From Piromyces finnis finn (lineage: Eukaryota; Fungi; Neocallimastigomycota), in the NCBI GenBank assembly GCA_002104945.1, contig MCFH01000054.1:1-64000 (forward strand): a stretch of DNA of 64,000 bases, given 5' to 3'. Position numbers and translations under genes: made by a program. The notes beneath the pieces were generated by a model that saw only the letters and a program-made list of their open reading frames with translations, was not told the origin of the DNA and made no database searches. Positions 50,253-64,000 of the stretch are shown piece by piece (positions within the stretch are counted from its first letter, which is position 1; each line of letters starts with the position of its first letter).

Positions 50253-51060
50253 TATGCTTGTAAGATTGATATATGAAGTTTATATATGTTGAAGTTTAAC
50301 GTATAAAAGATATAAAGGAATATGTTTATTATTCATAAAAACAATTAAAAATTACTATAGATATTCCTTTTTTCCATTGAAATTTTCAGAAATAAAATAA
50401 TTACTTTTTAAAATTTAATCAAAACAATCCTGTTAAATTATTTTAAAATGAATCCTTTATATATATAAGTAGAAATATGACTGAAACAAATGAAATGTGA
50501 ATTGAAATTTTAATTTTAATTTTATTGAAAAATAAAAAAGATGGGAGAAAATATAAAATTATATTTTATAATTGAATTATCAAATATGTTGCTACTACAA
50601 AATAAATAATCCTGAATATAAATAATTTTAAAGATGATATTACGAAAATGGATAAACTAATATTACCAACATATATAAGAAATTGATTTTAAAATGTGAT
50701 TTTTTTAAAAAAAAAAAAAAAAAATTAAAAAGTAGTGATACTAAAAATTTGAATAAAGGATAATAATATAATATATAAATGAATTATTATTGTTGTTGTT
50801 GTTGTTGTTATTTTAAAATAAAATGATATGGTACAATTTTATATTCAAATTGTTTTTTTCTTTTTTGTATATAACATTAAATTAGTTCAAAAATATAATA
50901 TATATAATATCTATGTCATTTTAACTCTTCTAAATTTATAATTATTTTGTTATAATAATGATAATAATATTATTATTTTTAATTATAATTTTTTCTTGTT
51001 TACTATTCAATTTGTTGTTATAAGTAATCAAGCGTAAGAAACAAGTGAATATTTTAAATA

Positions 51061-51091
<31 letters not shown>

Positions 51092-51992
51092 TCTACTTCA
51101 ATAATATATTTTAAAGATTGTTATAAAAGAAAAAAAAAAAATAATAATAATTAAAAATAAAAATTATTTAAAAATTAAGAATTTAAAAGATATCAAAATA
51201 TCAAAAATAGTTGCAACAAAATACAATAAAAAAAAGTTAACTTTTTATGTGAAATTTATATAAAAAAGAAAAAAATACAAAAAGTCTTATCAATAAATTA
51301 ATATAAAAGAACAGTTTAATATTAACATTAAATTGTACTATACTTGCTATATTAGTATTATTTGGTTTGGTTGTTTGCTATTATTATCTATAATTTAAAA
51401 TTTAAAACTAATTTACTTTTTTTATTATTATTATTATTTTATGTTCATAGTTTTAACATTTATAATTGTTCATAATTGACATTTAATAGAAAATATATAA
51501 CAAAAGTAAAAGAAAGCTTTAACTATTTTAAATAGATATTAATTTCAATATAAAAAAGGTAAAATACATAATATTTATTTTTTAATGTAATGGTATAACA
51601 ATAATACAAAAAAAAAAAAAAAAAAATAACAATAATAATATAATAAATAAATAAATAAGATATGTAATTAATATTAATCATATTGATATGAACTATCTTA
51701 TCCTTTATCTCTCTATATATAAAGTTTTCATAGAAATTACTTTTTATAAAAAGAAAAAAAAAAAGTTTAATTTTCCTATGTTTATAAATTAGTTAAAACA
51801 ATTTGTTACATTTAAATAATAATAAAAAAAAAAAAGAAATAAAAATAATAAAATAAAAATAAAAAAAATAGTATATAAAAATGGTATGTTTATTTTTGTT
51901 TTTGTTTTGTTTTTTTCATATAATAAATGTATTGTAACTAGTAGTTAATATAATAATTAATTGAGGCTATTGTAATTTCCATGAATAGCATG

Positions 51993-54663
51993 TTAGTATG
52001 ACATATCAGATGGACGATACTCTTTATCATCATAATAATATGAGTTAGATGGTGGTGGTGGTAGTGGCGGTGATGATGTTCTAGTATGGTTTCCAAGATT
52101 GGCAAGATTACCGAGGCTAGCTACAGTTGACGGTAAAGTTGGTGGTGGTGGTGGTGATCTAGAATATTTTCTATGAGATAGTATAGGAGAACGAGATAGA
52201 CTACGACGGCGACGGCGATATGGAGAACGAGAACGAGTTCTTGAACGACTTCTCCGAAGAGGTATGAGTGATCTTGAACGACTTCTTCGAGATGGTATAG
52301 GCGATCTTGAGATACTTCTTAAAGGTAATAAACGAAGTGATGGGGATCTAGAATGGTTTCTATGAAAAGATAGTAAAGGAGAACGAGAACGAGAACGACT
52401 TCTACGAAGAAGTAATGGTGATCTGGAACGGGATCTACCTCTATGTATAGGAGGTAAAGGAGATCTAGAACGACTACGACGAAGAAGGAATGGTGAACGT
52501 GATAAACTACGATATCTATACATCATTCCACTACTTCTTCTTCTAGATCTACTTTTCGTTCTACTTCTTGATCTAGTTCTACTTCTGGTGCGGCTTCTTG
52601 ATCTTGTTCTAGAACGACTTTTTGACAAGCTTCTTTTTCTACGACCACGACTTATACTTCTTTCGCGACTACCTATACTATAACTTCTACTTCTACCACG
52701 ATAGCTTAAACTTTTACTTTTTCCTCTACTTCTGGGTCTACTACTTAAACTACGACTTCTACTTAATCGATACATACGATAGTGACTATGATGTCTATAA
52801 GAATCATGAGATAGTGATCTTGAACGACGAATATAGTGTGCAGGAGAACGTCCACGTGAATAATAATATGGAGATGGAGATCTTGAATAAGATCTTCCTC
52901 TATAATATGAAGGTGGTGGAGAATAGTGATATGGTGAACGATTTCTTCTATTACTACTACCGCTAGTATTATTTCTATTATTATTTCTTTTATGACTAAG
53001 AAATGGATTATATATAAAAAAATTAAGAAATTTATAAAAAATTAAAAAATAATAAACATTAATATTTAAACAAATTAATATATAATAATATTAGTAAGAA
53101 TAAGAATAATAAATAAAACATTATTTTACTATTAATAAAAAATTTAGTAACATAGAGAAAGAAAAAATAAAAAGTTGTTTTACTATTATATTTTTTATTT
53201 TTACCTGCAAAATTTCGCAAGATGACCCACTTCTCCACAATTAAAGCATTTACCTGATTTAACATCAATACCTTTTTCTATATTATCTGGACAATCCTGT
53301 GCCCAATGGCCACTTTGCCCACATACGTAACAAGTTGTTGCGGTATTTTCTGTTTTTCTAGACCAATCTATATTTAGACGATAATGATCAAAAGAATATC
53401 CTCTTAAACTATGTACAGCATCTTCAGCATCCCTATCATCCTCTATTTTAATATTTGAAATAATGCATTAATATTCAAATCAAGTTTATTTAATTGCTTT
53501 TTTTATGTTGTTGTTGTTTTATTTAGTTGGTAAACTTTAAATCGTCCAGTATCAATTATTTTATTATACTTACTAAATTCAACAAAGGCGTAACCACCTC
53601 GTTTCATTTCTATATTTTCTAATTTTCCATATTTTTCAAATAATTCTTGCAAGTCATGATTTGTCATATGGTGTGGTATTCGACCTTTATTTAATATAGA
53701 AAATGAAGTTTAATAAGTGTTTATGTGTTTTATAAATTAAATTATATGCATTCATTTCATTTCCATTAAATAATTAATTCATTAAATACAACTGCTAGAA
53801 GGTCATTGTTTTTACTCTTTTATTATTAGTAGTATTATTTATTTATTTATTTATTTAATTTATAAATATCCATAAAAAGATTTTTATTATTATAAGCAAT
53901 TTTGATTGTTACATTTTTCAGAGCATTTTTTTTAATTCTATTAATTATTTATTATTAATTATTAATCAAAAAAAAGACCATATTACAATTATCTCTACTA
54001 CTATTCTCACTTTTTCTTACAAAAAAAGTTTTCTTTTTTACATTAAATATACTTTTTTAATCGTTCTTATTGAAAAAGTTTTTATTCATACTTTCAAAAT
54101 ACTTTCCCCAAGTTTTCTTAGCAAATTTTATTCTGCAAATTAAAATTTCTATTTATCTTTTAATAACTTTTTTTTTATTAAATATTAGTTACATTGGACA
54201 AATAATGACTATTACATGAATATCCTCTTTCTTTCAAATGAAAACAATAATTTATTTATTATATAATATTTCTTTCTTTAAAATGATTACTTTTTAAATT
54301 TAATTTTTCTTTTTACTGTTAATGAAATAATTTGTTAAATTGATGAATAAATCTAATGACCTTTTATTTTAATAATCCTTTTTGCTAAAATTATTGAATA
54401 ATTCTATTAATTCCTTTTGTTTAATTATTAAAAAAAATCTAATGACCTTTTTTGTTAAATTACTAATAATAATTTAATGACCAATGTTTTATTTCCATGT
54501 TTAATCAATGGCTCTGAAATGTAGTGTTCAATTTATATAATCTTTTTGTATTATTTAATGATATTGATTTGTAATGGAAATGTATATATAATATTGGAAT
54601 TGTTACTATTTTTTAATAAGGATACTTACCAACATAAATTCTATGTGTTTTCAATGTGCTCAT
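51993..54663 (-). CDS. SR splicing factor: RRM + two CCHC zinc knuckles + long RS/SP domain (~461 aa, 4 exons)
   Basis: Exons 54663-54630 ([12 protein letters not shown]), 53684-53574 (RIP...RGGYAFVEF), 53442-53205 (DDRDAEDA...[14 protein letters not shown]...[14 protein letters not shown]) and 52995-51993 (RS domain) splice in frame (1386 nt). Confidence 0.9.
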
Positions 54664-57606
54664 TGTACTATTTTTTTATTATTATTATTTGATTTATAAT
54701 AATTAAATTATAAAAAAAAATAAATAAAAAATATTTTTGTAAATATGATAATACATTCAAGAAGTAATAGAAAGATATGTATTTATTCTAATATATATTT
54801 ATATGTATTAATAAACATTCATTGGAATTACTAATATTATATATTTATATATTTATTTATCATTTCATTGTTTCTTTTTAATCAACTTTTTCTTATAAAA
54901 TGTTACATCAAATAATTTTTTTTTCAATTGATTTATACCTTTTTTAACAGTAAAATACAACCAAGAAAAATATTCTTAAATGATTTATATCTATGGTTTT
55001 ATTATATAAATTCCTTTGTATACATATATACTGATATTATTGTTTCTTCCTTTTATTGCTGTTGTTGTTGTCGTTGTCGTTGTTGTTTATACCTTTCAAA
55101 AAAGATAATTTTGTTTTTATACCAAAAACTTTGATATATTATTTACTTTATCTACCGAATTACTTTTTATTTTTTTTTTTCTCTGTAGTATTTTAATAAT
55201 ATTTGTATGTATATATATTAAGCAATAAAGCAAATGAATTCCTTTCTTTTTCTTATAATTAAAAACGTTTTCTTTAATATTTATTTATTTTTTAATTTAA
55301 AAAAAAAAAAAAGTAAATAATACTTTAATATTAGAAAAACTTTCTCTTCTTAAGTACTAATAAATAAATAATCAATATAATAAATATTTAATTTTAATAT
55401 TAATAAAATATATTAATAAATAGTTTTAGAAATATTTATTATTGTAATTATTATAATTATTTATTATTAATATTATTTATTTTTAATTACCACCAGTACC
55501 ACCCACAATTCAATATAAAAAGACCAAAAATTTTACTATAAAATAATAAATGAATAAATATATAGTAAATAAATAAATTGTGTTAATAAATAAATAAATT
55601 GTATAAGTAAATGAATGAACAAAAGAGGTTAACTAATAAATAATGATGCTAATAAATAAATTGCATAAGTAAATGAATAAATAATTATATAGCAAATAAA
55701 TATTAGTTAATGAATAAATATATAATATATAAATAAATAATTTATTTTTTATTAATTTTTTTGCATCTTCTATAGTGTTAATTTATTAATAATATATGTT
55801 ACATTATATTATTTTATTAATAGTTATTGATTCTAATATATTTGAATTATATTAATTAATAATTGATTTATATATTAAAGGAAAAGAGGAAAAATTTATT
55901 GCGTGTTTTTTATTTTTGAAATTTAATAGTAATATATAGAATATTTAAATATTTAAATAAATAATATAATAGTCCATTTATTAATAATTGAATGCAATAT
56001 ATGAATTGAGCCATTAATTAAAAAGTTTTGAATCATTACAAAAAAAAACTACAAAGCTAAAAAAGAATCAGGCAGGCTAGAAAAGGGAATAAAGAGAAGT
56101 GATCCTTAAAAAAGACGATGGGATAAAGGAAGAAGAATCAATAGTAAAAGGAGTAATACTAAATAATAATAATAATAACAAAAATAATATTACTAAATAA
56201 AAATTAAAGATGATCATAATAGAAAAAGATTAAAATTAAAATTAAAACGAACTAATGAAATTTTTGAACCAAGATGCTACATCAAAATTACATATTCATG
56301 ATATAAAGAAGGAAAACCTTTCAAAAAAATTAAACATTGAAAATAAAAAAAAAAAAAAAGAAGCACTATAGCATAAAAGGGATTAAGGAGGGAAATCGAG
56401 GGGAAAAAAAGAATAAAAATATAATGATTTATGAAAAATCATTAGCTTACATGAATCAATACTACTTTTTTTCACTTTGTTTGCTTTTATTGCTTGGTAT
56501 ATATCTTCTACTATGTTCAATATTCATAACCTAAACTTTTTGGTGGGAAAGTCATACTATACTTTTACCAAAATAAAGTAAAAAAAAGTAGGTTCTTTTT
56601 ATTACAATAAATTTAACCTTATTTTACTAGGCAAATAAGGATAAGCTGCATCTTTCATCACCGCACATTCTCTAGTTAAAAAAACTAAAAAAAAATAAAA
56701 TTTTACAAATTGACTTTAATATATTTATTTAATTAATTATTTTAAATTATTATGTATATTATCATTATTAATTCATTATTAATTAGTATATATTAAAAAT
56801 ATAATTAAACTTTTTAAGCTTTCTGTAAAAAACATCTTTTAATTAAAAAATGGACTTTCTAATTAACGAATACCAATCATAATATATTATCAATACATTT
56901 TAATATATATATTATTATTTTAATTTGAGATTTTAAAATTTAAAAAAAATTGAATTTACTATTATACCATATATTAGTATTAATAAAGTATAAATTAATA
57001 TAATATATTAAATTTAAATGAATTCCACACTATAAAAATTTAAAAATATATTATAAATAAATGTATTATATTTATTAGTAATATATTATCAATACAATTA
57101 GTATATATTAAAAAAATGACATAAAAAATGATATAAATTTAATTATAGAATTAATAAAATAAATAAATAGAATGAATATATTTTAATAAATATAACAAAT
57201 ATATTATTATTTTTATAATGTTCTTGAAATATCAATAATCAATAATAATCATAATAATAATTAATACTGTTCTATTAATTCTCTCTCTTTTCATTTTAAA
57301 TAATGAAGACGCTTTTGTTGAAGTTATTGTCGTTTCCTTTTTTAATAGATGTCCCAATTCAAAGAGTTGAAATTATTTCTAACTATTTATGTTAATTTTA
57401 ATTATATCTATTAGTAAAAATCTTTTATAGTAGATGCAGATTATTATAAATGTAACATCTCCAATATCACTTGATTCATAAATTAAAATAAAAAAAATAT
57501 ATATATAATAAAGTTTAAAATCTTGAGTTTTATAAATTTATGTAAATCATTATTTTATAAGTATATATAAAAGATAATATGTGATAATCATATGATTTGA
57601 AATTAG

Positions 57607-57842
<236 letters not shown>

Positions 57843-58020
57843 TCTAATTTTGGTGTAAAATGAAGGGTTCACAATAATAACAAATAAATTATACTTTATA
57901 TCTCATTTAATTTAAAATTCCTTTCCTAGCCCTAATTCTCATGATCTATAACCCAGTAACAAAAATACCCTGTAACTGTCATCAATTTACAATATCCATC
58001 AGGATAAACTAAAATTGATA

Positions 58021-58110
58021 TAAATTAAAATTTTAATTTTCTGAAAGTCCATATTCTTTGTAGAAAATGGACTTATAGAAAACGTCAATTTAAACTTTTT
58101 ATTAACTTTT
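58021..58110 (+). mobile_element. Possible degraded retroelement integrase-core relic
   Basis: Reads KLKF*FSESPYS, then a frameshift, then ENGLIENVNLNFLL. This resembles the PYSPQxNGxxERxNRTL motif. Very short. Confidence 0.3.
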
Positions 58111-58902
58111 TATTAGAGTAACAGCTTCTTTTCAAAAAATAGAGGTCATTACTCCAGTTAAAATAAATAAAGATATATAGAATTAGAAAAAATATGGCTT
58201 ATAACGTTACCAAGTATAATATATCTACAATTACTGAAATGATAAAAAAAAAAAAAAGTAAATTGAAAAATCATAAACTTTCAATTTAACTTTATATCTA
58301 TTCTATTAAAAATGATGTTATTCTATTAAACAATTAATATATCATTATCATTATATATAAACTACTGTTGTTTCTTTTTTAAACTTTAATGGTTAAATCA
58401 TATTAAAAAAAAATTTTATCTTTTTTTTCTCTTATATATAAATTCTATTCTAGTTTTAATAGGTTAATTATTACCAAAATTAAATCAATTCAATGAATAA
58501 TTTGAAACACCTATTGAATTGTAAAAAAAATACAAATTTTAGAAAAAAACTTTTCTACTAATATTAAAATCAAACTATGGTTTATTTATAAAACTCATTT
58601 TATTTTTAATACAGTAAAAATAGATTAAACTGAACTCTTGATTAGTAACAATTTAAATAATTATAAAATAATAATTTAATAATATATATGATAATAAATA
58701 AAGAAAAGATTATTTAAATGGATGATTAATGTTATCTTTATTGTAAAAAGTTTTTTTTTTTAAATTTTTTAATTTTTAAATATAAATATTAAATTTGGTT
58801 TCATAAACATATATATATAATTTCTATGATGAGGATGATTAAAATATAAAAAAAAAACTAAATATATTCTATAATAATTTTATATTAAAAAAAAATATTG
58901 GC

Positions 58903-60743
58903 TTATTTTCTCTTTCTTCTTCTTTCATTTGGATTTCTTCTACCATATCCAATAATAATATCACCAGTGTAATCATTATGGGTCTTTCTTGTTTTTCCTT
59001 TATTACGACCATTAAGTTTACTATCTTCTCCAGTGAAGAGGGTATTTAAATAATCTGGATCTAATAAATCAACAACCTTTTCTTTTCTAGCCTTGAACTT
59101 TTGTTGTTTGAGAGCTTTTTGATATTCATTTTGATCTTCACTTAAAATAATATTGTTGGCATTTTGACCACCAACAAATGTAGGTATAGAATACTATTTG
59201 ATTTGATTTGATATTTTTAATAATATAAATAGTTGAAATGTATAATAATAAAATAAAAATATTAGGTATTATTATAACAATATAAAAATATAATTGGAAT
59301 CAGTACCACAGTCTCAAAAAAATATAAAATATTTAAATGTTTACTATATATATCTATTCTCATAGAATTAGATGATCTTGACATACCTTAGTACCACGAA
59401 CTCTGTAGTTAAAGTTTTTCTTTAAATGGTATACTTTATTTCCGTATTTATCAATAGAAACAGAAGTACGAATAAGAGTATCGTGACCACATTGTGGACA
59501 GAATTTCTTGCTCATATCGGTAGTAGAACTATTCAATTCAAATTAATAGAAATAAAACCTGGGGTTAATACTTTTCTCTTTTATTAAAAATTATAAAATT
59601 CAATTTTGTTTTTGATATTTACTAGTAACAAGCATGGCAACGTAATTCCCAGTTCTTTAAACGGTGAATAATCATACCATCAACTGAAAGAATTTTTAAG
59701 TTCATTTGAATTAAAACGTTCTTTTGTATCAATTTTGTTTTGTTTTATTTTTTCGTTTTTTGTTTATATCCAATTAAAAAGTTTTTATTATTATAATATT
59801 TGGTGGTGATTATATTTATTATATAGCAAATAAATAAGTAGAAAATAAATAAAAGAAATATTTATATTTTTTGTTTAATAAGTTTTCTATTATATTTAAA
59901 AATTATAATATCTATTTTTTATTATAACTTACTTGCATAGCAAAATCAGCCGTCATACAAGCAACATCATAAGTCTTTGCTTCTTTCTTTGTATTCCATC
60001 CATAATGTTTGGCATGATATTTGTTAATGTTATCTGGAGTAATCCAACCTTCATCATCATCGTCTTCTTCCTTCTTTTCTTCTTCCTTAGTTTCACTAGT
60101 TGAAGCTTCTTCCTTGTTTTCACTTGAAGTAGCTTCTTCCTTTGATTCTTCTTCCTTTGGTTCTTCTTCAATTTTTTCTTCTTCTTTTTCCATATTTTCA
60201 TCTTCATCAGCATCAATATCTACTTCATAATCAGATTCAAATTCTTTATCTTCAATATTACCAAATTCATTTTCCCAATCAATTTGTTCATTAAAAACAC
60301 CAAGGTCATCTTCACCTTCCTTATTTTCAGTACTTTCTTTGGCCTCAGTATTAGCTGATTCTTTTTCTTCTTTCTTTTGAGCTTTCTTATTTCCTTTTTG
60401 CTTTCCATACTTAACTTGGGACTATTTTTAATAAATTATAATAATAATCTCGTCAATACAATATTTTTTACAAATTTAAAGTTGAAAAATTAATTATTAT
60501 ATACTAAGGATAGTTCATCTTAAATGACTATCATTAAAATTTTGTTTCGTTGAACTTTTTGTTGATTTTCAATAATATGTATTCTAATTTATTTTATTAA
60601 ATGATATTTCTCCTTCCTATTTTAAATTAAAATATAAAATAAATTTCTTGTTTTTTTATATATTATTATTATATCTATTATCTTTTTAATAAGTATTTTT
60701 TATGGAATTGTTTAACTTTTATGAATATCTTCAATATATTTTT

Positions 60744-60784
<41 letters not shown>

Positions 60785-61578
60785 AATTACTGTTATTATG
60801 TAGATAGTGTGTAAAATCTGAATTCAATAAAAATCTCTATAAAATTAATCCTTATAATTTCTATTTTTGAAAAAATTTTTAAAGGAAATAATTGAAATTA
60901 GTAAAAAAAAACAATTACTTTAATTGGTTCAGTTCTAATATTTTCAAGATTTCCTGCTTCTTTTTCTAACATCCAAGTTAAAGCTATAACCTTTAAATCT
61001 GTATTTGAAAGAGTTGCTAAATCACCAGTCTTTTTTGCAAATTTAATAACTTTGTTTTTTAAAAAAGATAAAAATACAATGAAATATAATTATATATAGT
61101 TATTATATAAATACAAAAAATATTTTAAAACAATATTAAATAATATAAATAAATAAAAAAGGAACTTGTTAGTTATATTTATTTTTAATCACTAAAAACG
61201 ATGATTTTAAAATATTTTTTAAAATCTTTTCTATATGTTTAAAATAGTTATATGATATATCTTCGGTTTATATCAATTTTTATCGGCATTAATAACATGT
61301 ATCAATTATTTTTTTTAAAGATTCAATTATTATCCTATAGATTTTAAAATAGCATTGAAATATTAACCTGCATTTAAAGCTTCTTCTGAAGGAACTTTAA
61401 CTTGAATATCAACTAAAGAATTTTCTAATTGTTCTCTAGCTTGTTTATCTCTAATTTCAGCAATAACTTCTGGAATAGTGTAAAACTTTTGAGCCATTGA
61501 AAAGAGATTAATTCTCTTAATAAGTGGAGCTGAATCGAGAACTAAAGACACAACAGTGTCTCTGTTATTCTTAGTCAT
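58903..61578 (-). CDS. NOB1: 20S pre-rRNA D-site endonuclease NOB1 (multi-exon)
   Basis: PIN N-terminus LVLDSAPLI..FYTIPEVIAEIRDK, KKTGDLATLSNTDLKVIALT, DDDDEGWITPDN, VACMTADFAMQ, zinc ribbon LRCHAC...KFCPQCGHDTL, and C-terminal GYGRRNPNERRRKRK*. Confidence 0.95.
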
Positions 61579-62993
61579 ATTGAATAATTATTTTAATTAA
61601 AAAAAAAAAAAGTAAATAGTTTTATTGTTTATTATTCTTTCGAAAATTTATTGTTTATTTGTTTCCTGTTTTTATATATATTCAGTAATTTGAATTATTA
61701 AATTATATATATAGATATGTGAAACCCTGTTTTATTATATTCTATATAAAATTTATAATTTCAAAAGTAGAGCAAATTTTAAAATTTTTGTTAATAATAA
61801 AATTTTAAAAAAAAAATTCAAACAAATTAAAAAAAAGGTTAAAACCAGCCAATCAAATAACGGATCTTAATTTATTTTTTATATATTAAATTAAATTTTA
61901 AATGTTGAGAAATTAATAATTAAAGTTTTTTTTTATATTTAAAATAAAATGAAATTTCTATATTAAACGTCAAATAGAAATTGTTTTTTTTTTTTAAAAA
62001 AGGTTACGATAAAACAATAATATCACTTTTATTCTATATAAAAACAATAGCAACAGCATTTTAAAAAATGATTTCTTCACCTCATTGATAAATAAATAAA
62101 TCTTTTTTTTATTTACTATATTTAATAAAATTACTAGATAAAAAAAGTAAAAAAAAAAATTATATGAAATTCTGTTATTGATTCAATCTATATAAATTAA
62201 AATTTTATAGTTTAATACTAAGCATAATCTATTCATCTTATTGTTTCATTAATACTTTTAATTATTATTTTAGTATTTTTACTGTTATACCATTGATTAT
62301 TGAGGATCAATAATTTTACATAGAAAGAATTATTAAAGATAATAGTAAAATTAATATCGAAATCAAATTCCTTTAAAAGTAGTATTTTTAATCTTGTTTA
62401 ATAAAACTAAATAAAGTATTCGATAACTTTATTAATAAATATTAATATTTATGATATATAATATATAATATTTCCTAATAATAGTATTTTAAAATTGTAC
62501 ATTCATTCATATATCTTTATGTTTCTTCCCTTTTGATATACATTTTTTTTTTTTAGCTTTATTTTATCAAATTCATTCACATATCAAAAAAGGTTAACTT
62601 TAATAAAATAAAAAAAAAAATATTTACTCAAAAGTTCTTTTTTATATAAATTTTATCATATTATTTTTATTTATTATATAAATATTATTAATTCATAATT
62701 CTTTAATAGTTTTTTTCTTCATCATCATCATCATTATTATTATTATTACTATTATTAAAAAAAATGAATATATATAGATAGTAATTATATAAATTACTAT
62801 TAGATGCTGAAAGTTTTTACTAATTATTATAACGCTGAAAGTTTTTACTAATTATTATAACTAGTAAAAGCTAATCCAAAAATTTTTTAAACGAATTTAA
62901 AAAAAAAACTTTTAAATCATTATTTAAAACTCTTATTATCTAAAAATAATTTGTAAATAAAGTCTATATAAATATTTTTTATTAATAAAAACT

Positions 62994-64000
62994 TTAATTG
63001 ATTTTAAGTTTTTCTGAAAGTTCGAATACCACATCTTCTATTAATCCTGGATTTGACTATAATTAAATTTATAATTTTTATAATAAATGTTAAATATTTA
63101 TGAATAAGTCTACATAATATTTAAGTAATAAAAAAAATAGTATTAATTTACTTTTTCTGAAGATTGTAAAGCTATCATTAATTTATTTAGATCACCGATT
63201 GGATATTTATTCGATGTACTAAGCTATAAAATTAATTTATAATAAAACAATAGTAAAAAAAAAAAAAATGAAAAAAAAAAAAAAAAAAAATTAAAAAATA
63301 AGTTTTTAAAAATATAAAGTTAATTAAAATATAAATCTAAATTATTAAATTACTTTTTTGAATGTTTCTTCTATTGATTCACAAACATCATTTTCAACTG
63401 GATTTTTATTTTTCACAGTACCCTATAATTTATATTATGCAATGTATATGATTAATGTATAAGTAATAAATTAATACTTATAATATTTTAATAATTATTT
63501 TTCCTTTATAGATACAAAACATACAGGTTGACTATCACATGTTTCAGTATAAGTACTATATGTACTTTGCATTGACATACGATTTCCATTTGAAGATGAA
63601 ATACTATACATTGATGCACGTCCCATATTTGAAGATGCATTACTTAAAATTGAGGCACGTGGTGTTTCAGTAGATGCAGCACTAACAGTACTTACATTAC
63701 TCATTGAACTTATATCACTGATATTACTATAGGCACTAACTCTATTACTATTAGTTGCTATCTCATTTTTGGATACAAAATCATTATCAACATTTGATGA
63801 TGTGATAGTTGAACATGTACTGGAAGTTGGAATTGTTGGTTTTGGTTGAAGTTTAGCTTGCTTAACAGTACCAAAGTCCCAATTACCACAATCTTGTTCA
63901 TTTTCACTTATATTTAAAATATATATATATATTGATTAAAATATTATTTATTAGATATAATCATTATATAATATCATTTTCACCTTTCTTCATCTTCTTC
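62994..64000 (-). CDS. 3' exons of a STE20/GCK-III-family Ser/Thr kinase (kinase domain lies outside the window)
   Basis: WDFGTVK motif at ~63860-63885. Spliced terminal exons read GTVKNK...FKK|LSTSNK...LQSSEK|SNPGLIEDVVFELSEKLKIN*, resembling the STK24/25/26 dimerisation tail. Confidence 0.7.

Noticed and set aside
54341-54518. C/D-box snoRNA (TGATGA...CTGA) in the SR-gene intron
   Set aside because: It is antisense to the host gene, long, lacks a terminal stem, and such words are expected by chance in AT-rich DNA.
56040-56540. Purine-rich stretch as a gene or retroelement
   Set aside because: Stops occur in all frames and I recognise no motif.

Overview
This is an extremely AT-rich, intron-containing eukaryotic sequence. 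Composition, short GT-AG introns and gene content point to an anaerobic gut fungus (Neocallimastigomycota); that taxon is inferred, not proven. The left third (1-22 kb) is an accessory, birth-and-death region. It holds a Stealth-family phosphotransferase and a co-oriented array of seven atypical, EEVD-less Hsp70 sequences: two intact, two disrupted full-length and three fragments. A ~2.6-3.2 kb duplicated unit within the array carries a bacterial-type acyltransferase-3 gene, and retrotransposon and ankyrin relics are interspersed. The rest holds a pore-less voltage-sensor-domain gene, a single-pass S/T-rich membrane protein and a small 4-TM gene. It also holds an intronless 1134-aa filamentous-haemagglutinin/CdiA-like beta-helix protein with a diverged partial duplicate. 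Further right are a PH + polyproline + tandem-WH2 actin regulator, a TatD nuclease and an SR protein with RRM plus two CCHC knuckles (RS2Z-like). NOB1 and the 3' end of a GCK-III/STE20 kinase close the window. Exon structures were spliced by hand, and no database searches were possible.
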